In this document: positions 58,264-64,000 of the stretch, piece by piece | Layout of the letters: each line of letters starts with the position of its first letter | Position numbering within the stretch: position 1 is the stretch's first letter | Virus record (IMG/VR): IMGVR_UViG_3300046779_001735 | Location: 1 to 64,000 of that record | Reading direction: 5' to 3' (one strand) | Origin: a virus | DNA: 64,000 nucleotides | The notes under the pieces: model-generated | What the model was told of the DNA's origin: nothing | What the model saw: the letters and a program-made list of their open reading frames with translations, nothing else | Databases searched by the model: none | Program-made: the position numbers and the translations under genes

Positions 58264-59071
58264 TCAGTATCAACATGCCCGACTGTTGCACTTCACACAG
58301 GCCAAGGTCATGTTTAATGCTAAAAATCAATATACTACCTGGGCTGATGATATAGTAACAGTGCCAGATATTGAAAGCGTTGGTCATCAGGCAGGTGTGG
58401 TGATTGCCAGCGGTGACATAGTTACTACAAATTTTAGATCAAGGCCCTGGGACTGGCAACAAACAAATATTCAACTTCATGATTCAGATCTAATTAAGTT
58501 TGACGCAGATTACAGCTATCAAATGCATCAACGTCCTCCATTTGAGAGTGGATCAAAACAACTGTATATCTTAGAAAATCTTTATCGTGTTGTTTTGCGT
58601 AGCAGTAAGTTGATTTATATAGACAATACCGAAACTTATGAACCAAGATCGCTCACAGGATCGGTATTATATGGTTTGGCGTCAGGATGGAAAACTGTAA
58701 GAATGTTTAGAGATGGCAACTTTGAAAGAGTGATAGTGTATGATAAAAATCAAACACAGTTGAATTATCAACAGCGTCTACACAGTCAACCATACATAGC
58801 TGACCAAATTGATATTCAAGGTGATGTTGTAGGATCAAGAACAGTGCCAAAGGATATTCAGGATTTTTGGCCTAGCTGGCATCGTATGAAAGTTGAGTTT
58901 AAGCTAATAGATTTGTTTCACACGCCTGTGCTAGAAGAGCACAGCGTGATCTGGGTGAGTAATGTGTTTTGTTACGAACCTACAATTTTTAAACAGGGAT
59001 GGGAAGCTTGTAAATTGGCACGAGTCAGCTTGCAAAATGCCAACCCATCGTGTACAATTTTAGAATACTAG
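58241..59071 (+). CDS. Hypothetical protein (possible Rossmann/methyltransferase-like fold)
   Basis: GLASG, VIVYD, IDLF, WVSNVF pattern. Confidence 0.55.
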   Translation: MKKVFIVDQYQHARLLHFTQAKVMFNAKNQYTTWADDIVTVPDIESVGHQAGVVIASGDIVTTNFRSRPWDWQQTNIQLHDSDLIKFDADYSYQMHQRPPFESGSKQLYILENLYRVVLRSSKLIYIDNTETYEPRSLTGSVLYGLASGWKTVRMFRDGNFERVIVYDKNQTQLNYQQRLHSQPYIADQIDIQGDVVGSRTVPKDIQDFWPSWHRMKVEFKLIDLFHTPVLEEHSVIWVSNVFCYEPTIFKQGWEACKLARVSLQNANPSCTILEY

Positions 59072-59079
59072 GAGAACCT

Positions 59080-60138
59080 ATGCCCAAGCCATTTGATGTA
59101 AGCAAGTTTCGCAAAGAAATAACCAAGAGCATTGACGGACTGTCTATTGGTTTTAATGATCCAACAGACTGGATCTCAACAGGTAACCATGCCTTGAACT
59201 ATTTGATATCAGGAGATTTCAACAAGGGTGTGCCTTTGGGCAAGGTCACTGTGTTTGCTGGTGAATCCGGCGCAGGTAAAAGTTATATTTGCTCTGGCAA
59301 CATTATCAAACACGCACAGCAACAAGGCATCTTTGTGGTGTTGATTGACAGTGAAAACGCTCTTGATGAAGCATGGTTACATGCACTAGGAGTGAGTACT
59401 GATGAAAGCAAACTGTTAAAGTTGAGCATGGCAATGATTGATGATGTAGCCAAAACAATCTCAACCTTTATGCAGGAATACAAAACTCTAGCCGATGGCG
59501 ATCGTCCCAAGGTTCTGTTTGTGATTGATAGTTTAGGTATGTTGTTAACACCAACAGATGTTAATCAGTTTGAAGCAGGCGAAATGAAAGGTGATCTAGG
59601 TCGTAAACCCAAAGCACTTACAGCACTTGTTCGGAACTGTGTCAACATGTTTGGCAGTTACAATGTAGGTCTAGTATGTACTAACCATACCTATGCTAGC
59701 CAAGACATGTTTGATCCCGATGACAAAATTTCCGGCGGCCAAGGTTTTATCTACGCAAGCAGTATTGTGGTCGCTATGAAAAAACTCAAGCTAAAAGAAG
59801 ATGAGGATGGTAACAAAGTCACTGATGTTATGGGTATTCGATCGGCATGCAAAGTCATGAAAACACGTTATGCCAAACCATTTGAAGGCGTGCAGGTTAA
59901 GATTCCATATGAAACAGGCATGAACCCCTACAGTGGCCTAGTGGACCTTGCTGAAAAGCGTGGCTTACTTAAGAAAGATGGCAACCGTTTGGCCTTTACT
60001 ACCACTGACGGAGAAATCATCAAACAGTTTCGCAAGGCCTGGGAATCAAACGAAGACGGATGCCTGGACAAGATAATGGCAGACTTTACAAATCAACCTG
60101 AAGAACTAAGTACCACTGAAGCAACAGTGGAGGAGTAA
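59080..60138 (+). CDS. uvsX: RecA-like recombinase UvsX
   Basis: AGESGAGKS, IDSENA, VIDSLG, TNHTY, SGG.GF.Y; AGGAG before ATG 59080. Confidence 0.93.
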   Translation: MPKPFDVSKFRKEITKSIDGLSIGFNDPTDWISTGNHALNYLISGDFNKGVPLGKVTVFAGESGAGKSYICSGNIIKHAQQQGIFVVLIDSENALDEAWLHALGVSTDESKLLKLSMAMIDDVAKTISTFMQEYKTLADGDRPKVLFVIDSLGMLLTPTDVNQFEAGEMKGDLGRKPKALTALVRNCVNMFGSYNVGLVCTNHTYASQDMFDPDDKISGGQGFIYASSIVVAMKKLKLKEDEDGNKVTDVMGIRSACKVMKTRYAKPFEGVQVKIPYETGMNPYSGLVDLAEKRGLLKKDGNRLAFTTTDGEIIKQFRKAWESNEDGCLDKIMADFTNQPEELSTTEATVEE

Positions 60139-60139
60139 C

Positions 60140-60394
60140 ATGCATTCAACATTGGTAAGCGAACTTTGGTATGAACTCAAGCGTCACATTCCCGCAAGTG
60201 ACAGAGCAGATGCAGCTGAGACTGTGGTAGCGGTGTTGGTCAATAATGATGAAGACATTGACGACATTAAAACAGCTTTCAAAAGCGATCGTGAAATTAA
60301 AACAGCTTTGATGGCCTATCTTGACACAGAAAAAAGCTACGACGAAGAAGACGAAGAAGAATACGAAGACGAAGAAGATAACGACGAATGGTAA
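60140..60394 (+). CDS. Small acidic hypothetical protein
   Basis: GGAGG Shine-Dalgarno; D/E tail. Confidence 0.75.
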   Translation: MHSTLVSELWYELKRHIPASDRADAAETVVAVLVNNDEDIDDIKTAFKSDREIKTALMAYLDTEKSYDEEDEEEYEDEEDNDEW

Positions 60395-60397
60395 TCT

Positions 60398-60850
60398 GTG
60401 TGGTATAATCGTATTGTAAGCGACCTCAGCGTAATTCCAGATTTCATAACACACTATGAGTCTGAGCTTGCCGCGGCCAAGAGCGACTGTCGTCTTGGAG
60501 GTGTGATTGAAAAAAACATCACAGCACTGCCAGGGATCACCGAACACAGGTTTAACCAATTACAGGAGATAGAAGCAGTGCTTAACTATCTTAACATACA
60601 GCTACGCAAGATCCGCAGACGCCATTTTCAAAAGTATCTTGAAGCCTACGCTAGGCAATTGACTAGTAGAGACGCAGAAAAGTACGTAGACGGCGAGGAT
60701 GAGGTTATTGATTTTGAAACTATTATCAACGAAGTGGCTCTCTTGCGTAACAAATGGCTTGGTATCATGAAGGGGCTTGACAGCAAGCAGTGGATGGCTG
60801 GACATGTTGTGAGGCTAAGAACTGCTGGCATGGAAGATGTGCGGGTGTAA
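60398..60850 (+). CDS. uvsY: Recombination mediator UvsY-like
   Basis: Helical protein near uvsX; EKYVDG..E, K.LD.K.W...V.LR.AG pattern. Confidence 0.7.
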   Translation: MWYNRIVSDLSVIPDFITHYESELAAAKSDCRLGGVIEKNITALPGITEHRFNQLQEIEAVLNYLNIQLRKIRRRHFQKYLEAYARQLTSRDAEKYVDGEDEVIDFETIINEVALLRNKWLGIMKGLDSKQWMAGHVVRLRTAGMEDVRV

Positions 60851-60858
60851 ATAATCAA

Positions 60859-61206
60859 ATGACTGAAAAAACCACAAGACCCTGGGGATACTATAGAGTA
60901 TTACACGAAATTAGCAGCGTAGTAAAAGTCAAAGAGCTCACAGTTGATCCATTTAGTAGCTTGTCTATGCAAAGGCACAAAGATCGTGCTGAGATATGGT
61001 TCATAGCCGAAGGAAGAGCCACCCTTTATCGGATAAACAAAAGCACAGACAGTGACTTGGTAGGACACTACGAGCAATTCCAAACTCTTTTTATCTCCAA
61101 AAATTCATGGCATCAGCTCGCAAATGAAACTGATCACCCATTAAAGATAATTGAAATACAATACGGTGATCAATGCGTAGAAGAAGACATAGAAAGACAA
61201 TCTTAA
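60859..61206 (+). CDS. Type II mannose-6-phosphate isomerase-like cupin
   Basis: RPWGYY, VKEL.V.P..LSMQRH..RAE.W, HQL.N, IIEIQYG..EEDIER. Confidence 0.85.
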   Translation: MTEKTTRPWGYYRVLHEISSVVKVKELTVDPFSSLSMQRHKDRAEIWFIAEGRATLYRINKSTDSDLVGHYEQFQTLFISKNSWHQLANETDHPLKIIEIQYGDQCVEEDIERQS

Positions 61207-61212
61207 AATAAA

Positions 61213-63363
61213 ATGCATCAGACTAGCGTGACTGAGCAAAAGTCAGTTGACATGCTTTTGCTCAGTGTGCCTTATTCCGAAATGAGTTATCCTCCGTGTG
61301 GACCTGCTGTGCTTAAAGGCATAGCGCAGTCTCATGGTTTTAATGTTGTCACATGGGATCTTGCAGTTGACTTTGATCAATTTATGGATCAATATCCGCA
61401 TATTGATCGCGTGGAAGTGATGTCAACTTGGGTTACAGCGTTTGATCATACACATCGTCATTTTCACACTATAGAAAAATTTTATCAGTATTGCATTGAA
61501 AAGGTTGTTAAGATTGACTGTAGATACCTTGGTGTGAGTGTATTCAGCGGACATCAGCACAGATTTACTTTTGACTTTTGTCAGCGTTTAAAAAACTTTA
61601 CTTCAAACTATCATGTAGTGTTAGGGGGCAAAGGATGCAGTGTACATCATAATGTTGCAATAAAGAATCTAATTAAGCCAACAGAAAAATATCTTGAGTT
61701 CTATCAAATAATGCAACGTCGTAAATTAGTACATCAGGTGGTAATAGGTGATGCTGAAGATGCCATTGTTGATCTACTTTCTGGCAAATTAGATGCTGAC
61801 GATACTTCTCGAAAGCAGCCATTGGTGCCTGATTTATCATATCCTTTTTCAAATTTTGACGACTACGACTTTGATTTTTATGGCAATGCTGAAATAGGAT
61901 TCAGGCAACTACCTGTAGTAAGCAGTAAAGGGTGTGTGCGTAGTTGTGATTTTTGCGACGTGGGTGCGCATTTTGTTAAGTTTCAAAGTAAAAACGGTGT
62001 ACGGCTAGCCGAAGAAATGATATATTTGCGCAACAGGTATAATGTTTTCAGTTTTGCTTTACAAGATAGTATTGCAAATGGCAACATGAAAAGTCTTAGA
62101 GAGATGTGCAATCATCTTGCTGAATACAATAAAAACAGACCTAAAGATCAACACATACGTTGGGCTGGTAATTGGATAGCTAGGCCAACTAACACTATCA
62201 AGCCTGTTTTTTTTGATTTGTTAGCAGCATCAGGGTGCGAGTCTCTTGTAATTGGTGCTGAGTCAGGCAGCAACCGTGTGCTAGAATTCATGCAAAAAAA
62301 GACCACTGTAGAAGGCTTGTTCTACGAACTTGAACAAATGGATCGCTGTGGCATACAGGTACAAGTCAACACAATTGTAGGCCACTGGAGTGAACTATAC
62401 GAAGATTTTGTTGATAGTGTAGACATGATCCTCAAATTAGCACAGTATCATGCCAAAGGCACCGTCACAGGATTGATTAGTAACTCAGGATTTATGGTAT
62501 TAGAAAACACTCCTGCTAGCCGTTACCCATACAGCGGTATACACAAAGAAACAGGAGACTGGGTAATGCTGTGGTACAGCGACAAAAATCCCAGCTTCAC
62601 AGCTAGAGCTCGTTTTGCTAGGCTATATACCACGTGGAAGATTTACAAATTGTTGCATATTTCTGCGTTTAATGCCAACGAGACTCTTACTCCTGTGATT
62701 GAAGGCATGATTGATTTACGCGACCAATGGGCAGACTTTTATGAACCCTTGTTGCCAGCTGATTACAAAGTGTGCGAACAGTCAGTGGCACTCCTGGATC
62801 AAGTGGATAACTTTTTGCATGATAGATTACAAAAACTTTTTCCAAGCACAGAAGTTACATTTACAGTTGAATCTAACTCGTGTAACGGAGATCCAAGATT
62901 TTTTGTACGGTACAATAACAAAGTGATCTATGAAAACCTGCTGACACACGGCAAACACATTGTGACTTTACATCTAGACTATGATTATGATCGTGAGAAT
63001 CATTTTATAGAATTTGGCATGAATAACAAACAACCAGGTCAAGACACCGAAGTTGATCAAGATGGTAACATCATAGCAGACAAACGCATACTGGTAGAGT
63101 CACTAGTGATTGACGGTATAGATATCTGCGAGAATATTGATCTTTATTATCACCATAGTGAATACAGAGATCAAGGACAACTACAATCAATAGCAGCACC
63201 CGGATTTTACTCTAATGCTAGCATTGGTTGGAAATTTCAAGCACCGTTTTGGCGAAAGGTATTACAACATCGAACAGATGTTTTTTCACACGAATATGGT
63301 GCTAATAGAACCGATAGACTTCTTGAGCAGATGCGGCAAGAAATACAATTGCTAAAGTATTGA
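61213..63363 (+). CDS. B12-binding-domain radical SAM protein
   Basis: PP.GPA.L, GVSVFS, VVLGG, GDAE, SKGCVRSCDFC, GAESGS.RVL..M.K, IVGH..E. Confidence 0.88.
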   Translation: MHQTSVTEQKSVDMLLLSVPYSEMSYPPCGPAVLKGIAQSHGFNVVTWDLAVDFDQFMDQYPHIDRVEVMSTWVTAFDHTHRHFHTIEKFYQYCIEKVVKIDCRYLGVSVFSGHQHRFTFDFCQRLKNFTSNYHVVLGGKGCSVHHNVAIKNLIKPTEKYLEFYQIMQRRKLVHQVVIGDAEDAIVDLLSGKLDADDTSRKQPLVPDLSYPFSNFDDYDFDFYGNAEIGFRQLPVVSSKGCVRSCDFCDVGAHFVKFQSKNGVRLAEEMIYLRNRYNVFSFALQDSIANGNMKSLREMCNHLAEYNKNRPKDQHIRWAGNWIARPTNTIKPVFFDLLAASGCESLVIGAESGSNRVLEFMQKKTTVEGLFYELEQMDRCGIQVQVNTIVGHWSELYEDFVDSVDMILKLAQYHAKGTVTGLISNSGFMVLENTPASRYPYSGIHKETGDWVMLWYSDKNPSFTARARFARLYTTWKIYKLLHISAFNANETLTPVIEGMIDLRDQWADFYEPLLPADYKVCEQSVALLDQVDNFLHDRLQKLFPSTEVTFTVESNSCNGDPRFFVRYNNKVIYENLLTHGKHIVTLHLDYDYDRENHFIEFGMNNKQPGQDTEVDQDGNIIADKRILVESLVIDGIDICENIDLYYHHSEYRDQGQLQSIAAPGFYSNASIGWKFQAPFWRKVLQHRTDVFSHEYGANRTDRLLEQMRQEIQLLKY

Positions 63364-63388
63364 CAAATTGTAGCATTGATGTTACAAT
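63360..63388 (+). promoter_or_regulatory. Sigma70 promoter
   Basis: TTGACA-17 nt-TACAAT with extended TG. Confidence 0.8.
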
Positions 63389-63409
63389 CATTATCACAGG
63401 AGAATATAC

Positions 63410-63754
63410 ATGATAGAAGGTAAAGTCTGGGGACAGACAGAACTATTAGAAGCCACCGGAGTCTTGGAGTTTCATAGGATTAAAATCAAAAAAGGCGGAG
63501 TGTGTTCTAAGCACAAACACAAGCACAAATGGAATGGATTCTTTGTAGAGCAAGGCGCCCTGCTGATACGTGTGTGGAAAAACAACTATGATCTAGTTGA
63601 TGAAACAGTGCTTATGGATGGAATGTACACCAAGGTATCACCAGGTGAGTATCATCAGTTTGAAGCACTAGAAGATACAATTGCGTTTGAACTTTACTGG
63701 GCAGAGTTTGATCATGATGATATTGAACGCGAAACTGTGGGATTTACCAAATGA
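63410..63754 (+). CDS. Cupin-fold protein (sugar isomerase-like)
   Basis: KVWG, SKHKH..KWN.F.V..G, PGEYHQFEA. Confidence 0.8.
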   Translation: MIEGKVWGQTELLEATGVLEFHRIKIKKGGVCSKHKHKHKWNGFFVEQGALLIRVWKNNYDLVDETVLMDGMYTKVSPGEYHQFEALEDTIAFELYWAEFDHDDIERETVGFTK

Positions 63755-64000
63755 AGAAAATTTTAGTTACTGGTTGTTCAGGTTATATTGGCGGACACCT
63801 GGTACAACTGCTGAAAAAAATCACTGACCATGAGATACATGGCATTGATCGCCGTGCACCAGAACATGTGGCTCCGCACCAGTTCCTCCCATTAGACATA
63901 CGACATCTGCGCAATGATTTAATGCCAGAATTTGATTGTGTAATACATCTGGCAGGATCAGTAAACGTAGGTGCTAGTGTGCATGATCCTTGGAAATATT
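63751..64000 (+). CDS. NAD-dependent epimerase/dehydratase (GalE-like), truncated by the window end
   Basis: MKKILVTGCSGYIGGHL..GIDR..DIR..FDCVIHLAG..S..DP..Y; ATGA overlap. Confidence 0.85.
   Translation, partial: MKKILVTGCSGYIGGHLVQLLKKITDHEIHGIDRRAPEHVAPHQFLPLDIRHLRNDLMPEFDCVIHLAGSVNVGASVHDPWKY

Noticed and set aside
52768-60138. Inteins or introns in terminase, SSB or UvsX
   Set aside because: Lengths and motif spacing are normal, and no splicing motifs were seen.
1-64000. Genome-wide TAG recoding (genetic code 15)
   Set aside because: Core genes, including a 2814-codon ORF, are intact in code 11, and TAG serves as a stop in several genes. Only one in-frame TAG was found.

Overview
Core region of a T4-like myophage (Caudoviricetes), of the kind common in aquatic metagenomes. 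In order: head genes (core protein, prohead protease, scaffold, major capsid); a small minus-strand operon; about 24 kb of fibre/adsorption genes (two S8 peptidases, a 2814-aa Gly/Asn/Thr-repeat fibre, Gly-rich and fibrinogen-like proteins); neck, sheath and tube genes; a putative internal-head-protein cluster between the small and large terminase genes; and replication/recombination genes (gp32, UvsX, UvsY) mixed with radical SAM, 2OG-oxygenase and sugar-enzyme genes. The most notable feature is the minus-strand operon at about 4816-5787, which the ORF track misses. It runs: sigma70-type promoter, amber (CUA) suppressor tRNA with a shortened tRNA-Pyl-like D-arm, a predicted double-pseudoknot RNA, a 58-aa lipoprotein, and a gene whose Shine-Dalgarno-backed ATG is followed by an in-frame TAG at codon 3. 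The rest of the window uses the standard code, so this looks like gene-specific amber-gated expression rather than genome-wide recoding. All functional calls come from motifs read by eye plus gene order; no searches or folding programs were run.
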